Positions 13,538 to 26,745 of a stretch of DNA of 64,000 nt are shown here, piece after piece. Every line of letters starts with the position of its first letter. Position 1 is the first letter of the stretch. The notes under the pieces were generated by a model. The model ran no database searches and was not told the DNA's origin. It saw only the letters and a program-made list of their open reading frames with translations. This DNA comes from Lama guanicoe (taxonomy: Eukaryota): positions 8,093,095 to 8,157,094 of the forward strand of contig MU054391.1 in the NCBI GenBank assembly GCA_013239625.1, given 5' to 3'. A program made the position numbers and the translations under genes.

Positions 13538-13850
13538 GATATATATGTTTTTATATATATGTATATATATGTTTTATATATATGTATATATATGTTTTTC
13601 AGCATATAATCTTCACTTCATATACTGTTGCCATTTAATTGCATTTTTTATTGACTATGTTCCCCACACTGTATATTTCATATCCATGACCATTTATTCT
13701 GCAACTGGAAGTGTGTACTTTTCAATCTCCTTCACCTATTTATTTCCTCCCCTACCCCACTTTCTTCTGACAAACATCCGTTTCTTCTCTGTATCTGTAA
13801 CTCTATTTATACTTGTTTTATTTCCAGAGATCCTGTACATTATAAAATTC
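13538..13850 (-). mobile_element. L1 3' UTR fragment preceded by TA-rich low-complexity tract
   Basis: ttgactatgttccccacactgtatatttcatatccatgac...gcaactggaagtgtgtactt...ctctgtatctg. Confidence 0.7.
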
Positions 13851-16800
13851 CTCTGAATTGAGTTAAAGAATTACTATTATCATTATCAACAGTGCACAGT
13901 TAAAGTGACCTACATTACAAAACATGATAGTTGTGAAAATAGGGGAATATATATCCTTAGTGAAATAAAACCTTATCAAAAAATTTATTTAATAAAGGCA
14001 TATATCAAAAAGTAATCATCCAACAACCATCACATTATATTTTTTGGAGATGGAAAAGTAATCATATTTAAGAGTAAGTAAGATAAGAATTAGCTATAAC
14101 AGAAGTAGCTTTTATGGTATAATTTGGTGAACTATTTTTGACTATTTTGTTGAATAATACACAGTGAATGTGAAAATAATCACATAGAAACTTTATCCTT
14201 GAGTATGATCCAACATAATATACAGATTTGTTAGTCCCAGAAAACACTCTGTTTATGTTATTAAAATCCTTATGATGAAAGTATTTCTGCTTTGTCAGCT
14301 CATAGGAGCAATCTTTTCAAACAATAACTGGTTCAAAGGATGAATCTTAAGAATAGCTGGAAAGAATTTCTTAGGTGTAAACTAATGAAAAAATACTGTT
14401 TTAATTTTAAATATTTCTTGTAGGGTTTTGTTTTGTTTTGTTTTGTTTTCAGGGGCCTTTCCTTCAAAAGGAGTATTTTCTTTGAAAAAGTCTCAAGAGA
14501 TAGAAGAGGCAAAGAACATATATGAACACTACTAGTATTTCTACCCCAGTCTACCACATGTCTGGACTCAGAACATATGAAATTACTTTTCTATTACTGA
14601 GGTTTATATCCCCCACTCCACCCTTCCCCCAAACATAGAGGTTTGCAAGAATTTTCACATCCCAGGGCAAATTATCATATTAAAACTTATTACAGATAAG
14701 GCATATGAATTTCCTTTATAAAGAAGAGGAAAGGATATTTGTGAATTCATGATATTTACAGGCAAGTCTATTGTAAGAGATTTTACCAATGAAAGCTAAA
14801 GATCTGGAAAATGCTCTCCTCTGGACCTATGTTCTCAGATGGAGATCCTCCCTGCAGTGCAGTCGAACCACGTGCCAATACTTAAGGCAAGTATGAAATA
14901 GAAAAAAAATGTAATGTTTTCAAAGGAGATTAAAAAAACGTGGGCTGAATGTTTAAAATTCATTCTATGGCTGTGACATTAGAACGAGGATTTCTAGACT
15001 AGGATGGCATTAAACATGGACCTGTAAGGGGTGCCTCCTTTGAATGGGTCACTCTGTGGACCAGGGCACTTCCCTTCATGTGAGCTAGGAAGGGTAATAC
15101 GCTGCCGAGGCAGAGAGGTCTGGAAACTGTTTCTATGAGATTCTCCCCACATTCTGTAAATCAACGCTCTGCCAAGCTTAATACTGGAACGCAGACCTGC
15201 AAAGAAACAGTCCTTGGCCTCCTAAATCCACAGTATAATCGTGCAGACAGTCACGCAAGCAGATGGTGACTACCCACTGCTGTGTGTCTACATGCGGTGT
15301 CATCACATGGCTCAAAGGAAGCAGAGAGCGAGCATCTCCCTGGTATTTCTGGGGTATCGGGATCCTGCCTCATCACAGATTTCATCTGCTTTGATTATCA
15401 AACTACATATTTCTCGAGGGTATGAAAATCCAAAATCAGGAACTCTTGTTACAATGCTCTCCTTGATAAAGCAGTTATCTCCGTATGATGGCATAATAAC
15501 TTAACTACATACATGTAGTCATTTCTTTGCTACCTGTGGTTCCATGTTCTTTATGGAGCTTTAAGCTGTGCTAAAATTGAATATTCCTTTTGAATAATTA
15601 TCATGCCTAATCGGTGGTTCTCTTGAGGCCAACGGAGTGAATGGTTTTGAGTTTGACTCCTGTTGAAAAACCACTCCTAGTCCAACAGAAGGCACTGTGC
15701 TATAAATCTGTAAAGTTATCAAACTGAAATTAAAAAGCAAAGCATAATCACTATCTTTCATTTTTGTCCCTCAAGCAGACTACATGCAGCATTAATCAAT
15801 TCAGAGAAGCTAATAAAACGCCTAGAAAATGAATCCCAATGTTATTTAAATTATGGCTGTTTATCAGTAAACAGAAGAAATTTATGAGGCCGTTGTTGGA
15901 GCATACTAAAAAGCAAGCTGGTCAAAATAGATCTGACCCCTAATAAAGTCTGGGGATGTTTTTAATGCAAAGAATAAAGTTCGGATGTGTTACTGTTTGC
16001 AGAATGAATTCCATTATTATTTTCCTTTCAAGGAGTCAGTGTTGACAATCCCCATGTTGGAATCTAGTGGTCTATGCAGTAACTTCTTCTGTAAATTTAA
16101 AAATTCTCCCAGCTCTTTGTCGGAGATGCCAGTCTATTTAATATGTCAGAAGAATGTTTGCCTGCCGCAGTGAACTAACATTTATTTTTGTTCTGAATTA
16201 GAAAAACAACAGGAATGAATCAGCTTGACATGACATTTAGCTGAACACCACCAGGGATGTTTTCACTGGTAAGAAGGAAGACATAGAAAGAGAGATCGGT
16301 CCCCAAAATGAAGTACGTGCTGTAATCAGCGAGGGGCTGTGTGAGGTGCAGCTGGCTGGAGACCAGGGGAGTGTCTGGATAACAATAGTCCGGGAACGCG
16401 TCGAAAATGCTCTTCAAGTTACAGAGCGTTCACAGGCAGTATTTCATTTGGTTCTCAGCAATATTTTAAGGAAAAAATTAGAAAACAAAGAAGAATGGCG
16501 TATTGTCATATTGTGATGAGGACACTGGGTGACCGAAGTTGGCCTTGCCTTAATTCACGGCCAGCACGTGACACAAATACAAATACCATTTAGTTGTCTT
16601 TCATTCTGATGAAATGTCAGTGATAAAGAAGAGAAAATCTTCACTTTAAGAAGTTTGCATTCAGGTTCAGTTTTTTGCAGTGTGGGGTGACATTAGGATT
16701 AGAAGTTCTGTTCCTGTCAATGAAGACGCCTGTCCCCATCACCTCCCTGCCCTGGAAGACAGCGTGGTGCAGTCGGAGAGACACAGAGCGGGGAGCGAGG

Positions 16801-17129
16801 ACACATGGGTCCTGCCGCTGCATCTCTCTGGGCCTGTGTTTTCTCACTTCTACAACAATAGGGCAGAGACGATTATTTCTAAAGTCCCCATTAACACTGA
16901 AGGTCTGTTATCGTCTCGTTTTTCTAATGCTGACCTTAATAAGTGATGTAAAATTTAATGATCTCATTACTACAAGTGGTAAATTCTATTTTAGAATAAA
17001 AGGTTGATTTACTCACTAGTAAGTCTGTGAACACAGTGAATGTCCAGTTTTTCCTGACACCAGCAGTAGTTTTGGAAATCAGTTCAATAGAAAGAATAAG
17101 TCAACTTCATTTGAAGAGTTCGGCTTTGT

Positions 17130-17330
17130 TTCCTCCCTCCCTCCCTCCTTTCCTTCTTCCCACGGATGCTTACTGAGTGATCACTGTGTGCTAGGTACTG
17201 TACAGGGAACTGGGACAAGCAGTTGTAAATCAAACTTTGACACTGCCTTTTAGAGCTTACAGATCAGGAGACAGTCAAGTTAACCAACAATTAAAACATA
17301 GAAAGATAGTGCTCAGAAGGGTGGAAACAC
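17130..17330 (-). mobile_element. L2 3' fragment
   Basis: gcttactgagtgatcactgtgtgctaggtactgtacagggaactggg...ctgccttttagagcttaca. Confidence 0.65.
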
Positions 17331-17489
17331 AGACCCACACAAGGGGCTGCGTTCATCCAGCGCAAAAGCAGAGCCCTCCTTTATCAATTTATTTCTTTGC
17401 ATCTTGCCTTTCCCAGGTTTGAAGATGGCACCTTCATGACCTCACAGACTCTTATGTCAACGGGAAAATCTCTCGATACTCCGTCTGCA

Positions 17490-17810
17490 CTATCACCTGA
17501 GGGTTCTGTAACAAAATATCACAAACTGTTCTGTTGTTTCTTAAACAACAGAAATTTATTCACAATCACGGAGGCTAAACGATCAAAATTAAGTTGTCGG
17601 CAAGGTCATGCTCCCTGCAAAGCCCCTAGGGAAGAGTCCTCTTTCTTTCCCTTTACAAGAACAGCAATCATTGAATTCAGAGCCCACCCTTAATCTATTA
17701 GGAACTCATCTTAAATTGATTACATCAGCAAATATCCTTTTTCCAAACGGTCACAGTCACAGTTTCCAGGTGGACATAAATTTCTGGAGGACACTATTCA
17801 ACCCAGTACA
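17490..17810 (-). mobile_element. MLT1-family MaLR LTR, internally deleted
   Basis: ctgtaacaaaatatcacaaactg...ttaaacaacagaaatttatt...gattacatcagcaaa...ggacactattcaacccagtaca. Confidence 0.85.
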
Positions 17811-18626
17811 AGACTTAGTAGCCTAAAGGAAAAAGAGAGATGAAGGAAGGAAGCAGTAGAGATTTTGTTAATAGGACATATATATTTAATGATCATCGAT
17901 ATTATATGTGTTTATCAAAAGAAAATGGAATATGGTTTAATAAAAACATATGTTTATGAATTTATAATGAATGGTGTTTCCATCTAAATGTTTCTAGTTG
18001 AGAGTCAAATCACAGCTGGGGGGGGGGGGTTGTGCTGATCACAGGCAGCTGCGCTCCTGGCCCATGCTCGAATCTCACAGGGGTCAGTAGCTTCATCCTC
18101 ACTGTCCACCAAGTTGGGCTAGAGCGTCCTTTTCATCCCCCTGCTATCCTTCAGAGAAGACACTAATGAGGTGGTTAGAAGAGAGAGGCCACAAGAAAAT
18201 GCAAAGTGCAAAGTCTGAACAATCTTAGAACAGAGTAATTAGCCTCTGAATTACTGAGGATGTGAAGAATTTTTGACAGCATAATGATTCCACCAAATTT
18301 CCTTCCAATTTTCTTCAAATTCAAAATCAATCTCAAATTTATTTATATTACCATTAGAGATGCCATATTTAATATGAGGGACTTCAAACAATGACAACAT
18401 AAAATCATTTTATGATAGGTTTGTTGCTAAGCCCTCAAGTCACGCATCAAACTTCTTAAGACACAATTTATGTTCTTTTCAATTTTTTTCAGTCTCTGGA
18501 GAATTTTCATTGAGGGAGCATTTGCTTCTGTAAAATGCAAGTAAAACTACTGCTCTGAAGTTTTAGGCTTTTCCCCTGCATGCGTCAGACCCCACTTGAG
18601 GGCAAAGTATGGTCTTCATTCCATGG

Positions 18627-18801
18627 TTTCTTCTCTCTTCTCTCCTCTTTTCTTTTCCTCTCTTCTCTTCTCTTCTCTTCCCTTCCCTTCCCTTCTTTCC
18701 TCTTCTCTCCTCTTCCCTTCTCTTCTCTTCTCTTCTCTTCTCTTCTCTTCTCTTCTCTTCTCTTCTCTTCTATTCTCTTCTCTTTTCTTCCCTTTCTTTT
18801 C
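18627..18801. repeat. (TCTTC)n polypyrimidine microsatellite, about 175 bp
   Basis: Almost pure C/T tract with perfect tcttc run at about 18721-18770. Confidence 0.98.
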
Positions 18802-18929
18802 ACCTTCAGGGGCTAGAAATGGTTCTACATTAAGAGCTGAAAACTCCTCAGCGTGATTTTCTTTGTGAACCTGTCGTAAAAGCAGGCAGAATTCAAGCTT
18901 TGTATCCAAAAAATTTTTTAAAAAGAGTG

Positions 18930-19100
18930 CAAATGCTAACTATGTGAAGTGATGTATACATGTATACACATGGTGATCAGTTTGACTGTGGTATCATTTT
19001 ACACAGACATCATTTTATATAGATATATAAAAACATCAAGTTGTATACCTTAAAATAGATAATTTTTATTCATCAATTATACCTCAACAAAGCTAAAAAA
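18930..19100 (+). mobile_element. L1M 3' end fragment
   Basis: taactatgtgaagtgatg...catcaagttgtataccttaaa...tcaattatacctcaacaaagct. Confidence 0.8.
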
Positions 19101-19639
19101 TAACAGATAAAACTCATTCTACAAGTTCAAATGCAGTTACTAAAATCATATACTTAGGTCGCCAAGTGACCTAAGGGAGGGATTCGGAGGACCTTAGGGA
19201 AGAGGAAGAAGATTAAAAAAGAAAAAAAAAAGGCGACTTGTCCAAGATTAAGAGTTTGGGGCATCCCTGAGAGTGGGACAGGAACTTCGTACCAGCACAC
19301 ATGGTGCTGGAACTTTGGGTGGATTTTATAAACATTTCAGTTTTCCAGTTCAGAAGGGTGTTTTCTGGGTACAGAAGCACCACACGGGTGCAGGGCAGCC
19401 CTGGGCCTGAGTTCTGGGGCAGACTCTTCAAAGACCCTCTACTTCCTTGAGCTTTGATGACTAGTCTTCATTGGCTGTGATGTTCATGTCCTTGGTAGAG
19501 GAAAGACATTCTAGAAGCTGGAGAAACAACAACTGCTTATATTTATCAAGAATTATTGAGCACATGGTCATCTAGCCAGTGTCCAGTATCTAGAAGTTAC
19601 TGGGCACGGTCAGACCCAGGGGCTATTAGTGGGACTGGC

Positions 19640-19835
19640 TGGATTTGGGTTCTGACTGGCTTCACCCCTTCTGGCTGTAAGACTTGAGACAAGTTATGTG
19701 AACAATTGTTATTCCTCTTCAGAAAGGCTGATTTTAGTAGCTGAAACATAGGATTATATGAATTAAGAGGATTAATGCATGCAGAGATTATTTTTTTTAA
19801 ATGGAAAAAAGTGCTTGGCACACTCAAAGTGCCAA
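19640..19835 (+). mobile_element. MIR SINE fragment
   Basis: ggctgtaagacttgagacaagttatgtgaac...aagtgcttggcacac. Confidence 0.55.
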
Positions 19836-20169
19836 AAGTAAGTATTCTGATTTTAATGACATAGAAGCAATAATCTTAGATACTGATCATAAAGAACTTA
19901 TCATCTCATGAATCTCACTTTAAATGTTTTGGAAACAATTATACAGTAATCTCCAAGGATTAGTAACAGATTTTACTATTAACAGAGAGAAAACCAAAGA
20001 GACATTGTTTCTCCCTACTCGTGGCTCTTTCTTCATTCATAAATACACAATTATATTTCTTAAACCCAATTTTGGGTTGAATATATCTGATGCTTAAGGT
20101 AAGAAACTGTCCATGGATTTGTACTTTAATTCCAACGGGAATCATCTAATGTTTCATCTGCCTCCGTGA

Positions 20170-20170
<1 letters not shown>

Positions 20171-20208
<38 letters not shown>
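20171..20208. repeat. Compound microsatellite (TG)9(AG)10
   Basis: Read directly. Confidence 0.97.
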
Positions 20209-20211
<3 letters not shown>

Positions 20212-21077
20212 GAATTTTGAAGGTCTTATTCAATTTTTCTTTTAATCTCACTTAAAGTAAATGAGAGAGGCTTCTGGCTTTTTCTCAGGGAGAAGTAACT
20301 TTGACCCTGCTGATAATCTCTGTGTTCGGGTCATTAATTTTATTCCTAACAAGATCATACGCATTTTCAGGAACTAAATCTGAGATGATATTAGGAAGAA
20401 GAGTTTCCATTAAAAAAAAAATCCAAGCCTTTATTTCTTGAAGTTTTTTGCTTGCTTGTTCGGTTTTTGGTTTTCAGAGTAAATACTGTGGTCATCTCTC
20501 TGGCTACCAACGTCCTACCCGTGGAAGCTTCGCCTGTGAATTAGCACGACCGTTGCAGAGGTGGTCAGCTGAATGCCTGCCTCGCTGCTGAGTTCCCCCG
20601 GAGGGGGGCCCCATGCTGAGTCTCTGCACTGACCGTTATTGTTCTGGAAAAGTTTTCTAGGCCCTGGGTCTGACCTCCCTGCTTGTGGGCTCACGGAACC
20701 CTGACCACTCAGTACACTCAGCTCAGATCTGTCCCCAAGGCAGCTTCACATGGACTGACCTGAGGGCGCTGACCCATGGACCAGGACGCTGATCTCTTCA
20801 TTTTAGTCATTTGCAGTAAAAAAAGAGGCCAGGCCGACACCTTCAGGACCTGAACTGTCCTTAGCTACTGGCAGGTTGTTCTGGAATGCTGAATAATGGG
20901 AAGGTGACTTGGTGAATTTGAAATGAGGCTAAGGGAAATCTCTCCTTGTAGGGCAGATTCCAAGAAGTAGATTTACTGGAATCCACCTGACTGGAAGCAC
21001 TGTATTGACAAGACCATTTTTTTCTCATCTCTGCTAGCACTGAACACTGTAATTTGATTATTTCTGTGCTTTTGAAA

Positions 21078-21310
21078 ATTGCAATGATGTATCACTATAT
21101 ACCTATTAGAATGACTGAAATAAATACGTGACAACACCAAATGCTGGCGAGGATGTCGAGAAACTGAACTCTCATACATTGCTGGTGGGAACGTAATATT
21201 AGAGTCAATCTGGAAAATAGTTTGGCAGCTTCTTATAAAATTAAACATGTAACAGTTACCATATGACCCAGCAATTACATTCTTGGGTGTTTATGCCAGA
21301 GAAATATTAA
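21078..21310 (+). mobile_element. L1M (MC/ME-like) ORF2-end/3'UTR fragment
   Basis: gacaacaccaaatgctggcgaggatgtcgagaaactgaactctcatacattgctggtggga...ttaccatatgacccagcaatt. Confidence 0.85.
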
Positions 21311-21694
21311 ATAGCTACTGAAATCATACAATAGTTATAAAAGTATTAACTTGCAGTGATGTTGCCAAAATTTATTAATTGAAAAAATGGGATTGTAGAA
21401 CTAAATAATACATTTTTTAAAGAAAAAGTGTACAAAACATACAGAAAATTGTCTAAGAGAATGTATATCAAAATACTAAGTTGTTATTGGGCAGTTAAAT
21501 GGTAGTCTTTTCTTTGTTGTTTTTCTAAAATTTCTAATTGTTCTGAAACATCCTGTATTACTTGCATAATGCAAAACAATATTTTAATATATTTTTAAAA
21601 GAGCATTTTTTATTGTATGTACATTTAAAATACTTTCCTACTACTATTTTTAATCATTATTAACATCAAACACCCAATAAATGTTTGTTGTCTA

Positions 21695-21923
21695 TTTAAA
21701 ATTGAGCATTTTATTTTGAATTGTATGATCACATGCAATTGAAGGAAATAATACTGGGGGATTTTGTGTATCCTTTTCACAGTTCCTTTTTTGCAAAATT
21801 GCAAAATTGTAACATAACATCACAGCCAGGTTGTTGTCATTGAAAGGATCCACAGGTCTTATCCAGATTTCACTAGTTTTACTTCCACTTCTTAGTGTAT
21901 GTGCATGTGTGTGTGTATGTGCA

Positions 21924-21981
<58 letters not shown>

Positions 21982-22400
21982 CTAGGTTTGTAATTTTATC
22001 ATGTGTGTAGATTCATGCATTCATCATCACAACGATCTCTTGTGTTATCCTTTTTTAACCACGTCCACTTCCCTCCTGCCACTCCCATCCCAGCCCCTAA
22101 TCCCTGGCAACCACTAATTTATTCTCCATTTCTGAAATGACAAAAAAATGGAATCACACAGTATGTGACCTTTTCAAATTGTATTTTGTCACTCAGCGTA
22201 ATTCCCTAGACACTCATATAAGCAGTGGCAGGTACCAGCAGTCCGTTGCCTTTTATTGCTGAATAGTATTCCACGGCATGGACGTACCAGGTTGTTTATC
22301 CATTCACTCAGTGAAGGACAGCTGGGTCCTCTCCAGTGTTTGGCTATTATGACAAAGCTGTTTTGAACACTGTGTGCAGGGTTTGGTGTAACCCTACTTT
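21695..22400 (-). mobile_element. L1M 3' UTR fragment containing a (TG)n
   Basis: ccctggcaaccactaatttattctccatttc...tggaatcacacagtatgtgacc...ttttattgctgaatagtattcca...tatccattcactc. Confidence 0.85.
21928..21977. repeat. (TG)25 perfect microsatellite
   Basis: Read directly. Confidence 0.98.
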
Positions 22401-22504
22401 TTTCAATTAATGGTTATTGGCAACATTGCTGCAACTCAGTACACGGACGTCTACTGTGTAATTTCAGTAGCTGTTTGACATTGAATATATGTGGTCTTTA
22501 TAGA

Positions 22505-22720
22505 GGAGGAACGGTGCAGTGACATGAGGAGTGGCTTTGCCACTAGACTGGCTGATTTTCCATTCCAGTTCAGCCACTTGCTGGTTGTGTAATCCTGAGT
22601 TAGCCACTCCAGCACTCGGAGTCTCAGTTTCATTATCCAGAAATGGAACTAATTACAGCTGGTCAATGTGTCATAAGGGCACACGAGCATTTGATTCATA
22701 GTAGGTGCTCCATAAATCGT
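22505..22720 (+). mobile_element. MIR SINE
   Basis: ccacttgctggttgtgtaatcctgagttagccac...gtctcagttttcattatccagaaatgg...catagtaggtgctccataaa. Confidence 0.8.
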
Positions 22721-23659
22721 GACCACTCTTTTGGGAGGCCAGGACAGCCCTTCTGGGGTATTCACAGAGCTGCAGTTTTGTGCTTTTGCTAAGAAGGCAG
22801 AGTGTCTGATTCCCAGAGCCGTGATGCTGGCCATTGCTGGGCTGTGAGTCATTAGGGGATTACTAACAAGCGAAAGGCCAGCTCCCCCCAAATCTCCAGC
22901 AGCTCTATCCCAAATCCACAGAAACCTTTGTTTCTACTTTGGCAGCATGACTTCATGGTTTCTTCTACTCTCATTCTCCAGCATGTTCCCCACACAGAAG
23001 TGCACAGTTTTCCTTAGTTCTTAAGATTATTACTGCACAGAATCTGTTCCAGCAAGTTTGATAAGATTTTCTTCAGATTTCTCTGGCATCTTCCGCCTTG
23101 GTCCAGGACTTCATTAAGTCCCATGCAGAGTGTTCCAGCAGCCCACCATCCGTTCTCTCTACCTCCACACATCCCGCCCCCTCACCCCTGGTCTGTCCTT
23201 TGCAGGACAGCCAGGGTGAGCTTTCTAAAAATAAGGATTTTCTTATTTTATTACGCAGCTTTTGATATTTAAAACAATCATCCCAGTGAGTAATGAGATG
23301 TCCTGCAGGACTTCTGTTTGCACAAAGAGGCTTACGAGATTCGAACAAGAGTTGCATTGGCTTTGATGCTTATACAGAGGGCTTTTTATTCCCTGGAACC
23401 CAGAGTAGAAAGTTCCAAGTTTACTTTGTAAGAGGAAGAAAGGATGAACAATAACTCAGGACATGGGAGGAGATGATTCTGGTGAGATTATTCTCATGTG
23501 ACACCACCTTTCCAGAATCACCTGTGAATATTCTGGCTGCATTTGCAATTCGGAAATGCTCATTTGGTGAGAAAAATGATAGAAGGGATTAAATATAGAC
23601 CTCTTCCAAAGTATGTATAAAACAGAGCTGGGCAATACATACTAACATCAACAACAAAG

Positions 23660-23850
23660 AGTTAATGTTTCTGAGCACTACGTTTGAGCAGGGCGTCTTC
23701 CAAATGCTGCCTCATTTAATCCTCGTAGTACCTTTGCAAGCCAAGGATTGTCATCCTGGTACAAGACATGAGAATGTAAAGGCTTGGAGATGCACAGTGG
23801 CTTGTCCCGGAGAACCCGGCTAGCCAACGCCAAGCCCAGGTCTCTCCGAA
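23660..23850 (-). mobile_element. MIR SINE fragment
   Basis: tttctgagcactacgt...ctcatttaatcctc...ggcttggagatgcacagtggcttgtcc...aagcccaggtct. Confidence 0.7.
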
Positions 23851-25248
23851 CCCCTCAGCATTTACTCTTCCCAGCCTCTCGGTAGTAAAATCTCACCTCC
23901 CAATAGTCTGTGTCCAATGCTTATGTATGTAACTTCTCACAATTGTTTCATTCCAATAAGTACTCATTAGATGTTTATAGCATATGTGACAAAGAGTGCT
24001 TTTCTCTCCCCAAGTTTTAATATTAAATAATCATTGCTTGTTGTTTCTCCTCCTGGATCCCTGTTTTCTAAATGCAATGCCAGTATCATCCTCCCCTGAA
24101 ATGCAAGAGCAATAGGAGACATGGGCTCAAAGCCACGGGATGTGTGGACAGAACAGTTGCAGGGGGCATTTAAAATCATCTAATCCAGAGATTTTTAAAC
24201 TTGCAGCAGACAGTTTGATAATTTCTGCTGGGCACCATACACAATTAATGTAACTAGTTCCATACCAAACATAATAAGAACTAAGGCATAGCACCAAATT
24301 AAATAACATATTACTTTAAATTTAAATTTCTTAAACATCAATTTTATATTTTTTTACAACATACAAATATTTGATTTAAGCCACAAGCAGAAGTTTTAAT
24401 TAATTCATCAAACCATAGAACTGACTTCATAGTCATAGTTCTTCTGTTAATGATCATTTGTTATCTGCTGTGTGATCTTTCACTGCACATATTTAATAGC
24501 AGATTGCAGGTTTAAAGAGTTTGGGACAGGTACTTGTGTGCCAGCTTGCTAATAATTTCCTGCATCCCACCTTATACCTCGTATCACAGATAGGAATTAA
24601 AAAAACCACTGATAAACTTTCAGAGCATAAAAAAAAATTCTTGCAGACCATTCATAGCCCACAGAAGTATAGTCATCGTCCAGCGAAAGCACAGTCTACT
24701 TTAGACCAATAATCTCATTTTTTTTAAACTGGTCAAAATGAGGTCTAGATAAAGGACATAATCTGAACTGTCAAACTGTTTCTACTTGTGAAGTTTGCCA
24801 TGACTGGTCCTCTTATTGTTTCTCAGGGGAAAAGGATGCTTTGCAAAACTGCATTCCTAGGGCTCCCTGCTGGTAGAAAGGAGATAGGATTGAACCCTCC
24901 CTGCTTTGTGCGTGCACACACACATACATACATGCACACACACATATAGCCTCACAATTATAATTGCTTAAGGACCATGCTGACTTTTTTCTTTTAAAAA
25001 AGCAACGTGTGTTTGTCCCTGAGCGATTTAAAAAATGGTCACAAACTCTAAAGAGGAAAACAAAAAGTATCCTTACTTTCCCACTAATTTAAACAGTAAA
25101 TTTGTTTAGGAGAAAGGGGTGGAAATTTTTAAAGGTAATAAAGCTTTCTTGCAGCAGACTGTAATTGCACTGGCATTCATCAAAATTTCAATGAATTTGT
25201 CAAAAAGGTATGCCTATATTCTATGCTCTTAACTAACATTTTTTACAG

Positions 25249-25359
25249 TACTTAAATGGAACAGTGTTTTTCCAAAGGGAAATAAAACCAGTTATAATGA
25301 CGGGAAGTCTGAGCTTCAGCCTACAGACCTCCCCACTTGAGAATTAACCTCTGTGGAAG
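25249..25359 (+). other. Candidate non-coding exon (111 nt)
   Basis: Branch-point-like aactaac, ttttttacag| acceptor, gaag|gtaagc donor; stops in all three frames. Confidence 0.3.
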
Positions 25360-26646
25360 GTAAGCGTCTCCTCAGTGGCCTCCTTTCTCTGTCAACTACC
25401 CGAAGATCCGCTACTCAGTCAACACATTTTATCTTTTCAAATTAAGTCCTCCTGTAGTGAGCCTGGCAAAGATGACTTAAGCAGTTGAAAAAACACGATT
25501 TTATCTTCATTTTCTAAGTTACATTTTATTGAAATGGATGCTCTTCATCTTCCTATTTTCTCTTTAATTTCAAAGACCACGGCTTCACGTTGATTAACCA
25601 CCATTATTCAACTAAAGTGCGTGTAAATGAGAACAGATTTTCTTCTGAGAGAAAATACTTTTAATCCTCTGAGAGAAAAGTATTATCTGCTGCTCAGATC
25701 CATTGGAGACGACTTAGAGAAATCTGGCCTCCTGCTGGTAGGAATTCAGAAAGAGGCCCCAATTCTACCTGTTACAAAAAGAGCCTGGAAACAGGAGCTC
25801 GCTGAGCAGAATAGAAGCTCCACGAAGTCATGGAGACGGGGACCTGGGGAAAGGGGGGTTCTGGGGAGTAAGAAGCCTTCTGACTGTCAGTCAAGGACAT
25901 TCCCCAGAACCTCCTCCATCATCAAGAAGGGCTGCAACAAGTCATATAATCTGGTTAATTAACTGTCATTAATTACATGAGGACATCATTGTCTGACTCA
26001 AAACAAAGGAAGCTTCCAGAAAAACATTATTCTATGGTTAAAAGCTGATCCCAGACTCTCTGTTACCTATTAACGGGCCAGGAATTCTCTGATTTATGCA
26101 GAAACAGTGGAGGGAAGGGTATACATGGGCTTCTTGGGAGGAAAGCCCACTGCCCGGGTTACGACTGACCAAGGACCAAGGTTATGTGAGACTGGACCCT
26201 GTCACCCTGGGTAGCACGGGGCATCGCCCCTTGGAGCTTGCTAACTTGAGTTGGCTTTTCCAGTTCAATTATGTGACTAGCAGGTAGGCATGATTACCAC
26301 AGCCAATCTTTGAAAGAGGGGTTATCATCCCCTTTATAGTTCTAAGAAAGTAAATCCAGGAAGAAGGTGATAGAACAGAGTTTTAAAACCAGAATGAAAG
26401 GGCTCTGTGAGACAAGGTGACATCAAGGCAGATAGTGAAGCCACAGGCTGAAAGTATAACCGAATCAGTGGACATGACATCTCCTCAGTCACCCCTCACA
26501 TCGCAGTAGAGGCAAGCAGAGTAACCAAGGACTTGGATGGCAATTTTAAGATCAGATCTAGTTAGAAGCAGACGTAGTGGGACTAAGAAACCTATGAGCT
26601 CAATCCAGATTCTTCTGCAAAACTATTTTATGTGGCTGTCTTACAG

Positions 26647-26745
26647 AACATCTAGAAGGTGGGAGAGGGGTTGAGCAGAAAGAGCAAGGGTTGAGAGAGA
26701 GATCACCTCCTGTAAAGGCAGGCTGCGGGCAGCCACAGACCTTAG
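26647..26745 (+). other. Candidate exon (99 nt)
   Basis: ttttatgtggctgtcttacag| acceptor, purine-rich body, ttag|gtaaga donor. Confidence 0.25.

Noticed and set aside
16241..16516. 91-codon stop-free + strand frame
   Set aside because: No ATG or good splice boundaries, and the 3' part runs into MIR-like sequence
18580..18909. Five overlapping ORFs (SSLLF / EEKRR repeats)
   Set aside because: Translations of the (TCTTC)n microsatellite
19153..19175. cttaggtc-gccaagt-gacctaag palindrome as an estrogen response element
   Set aside because: Half-site spacing is 5, not 3; short inverted repeats of this size are expected by chance
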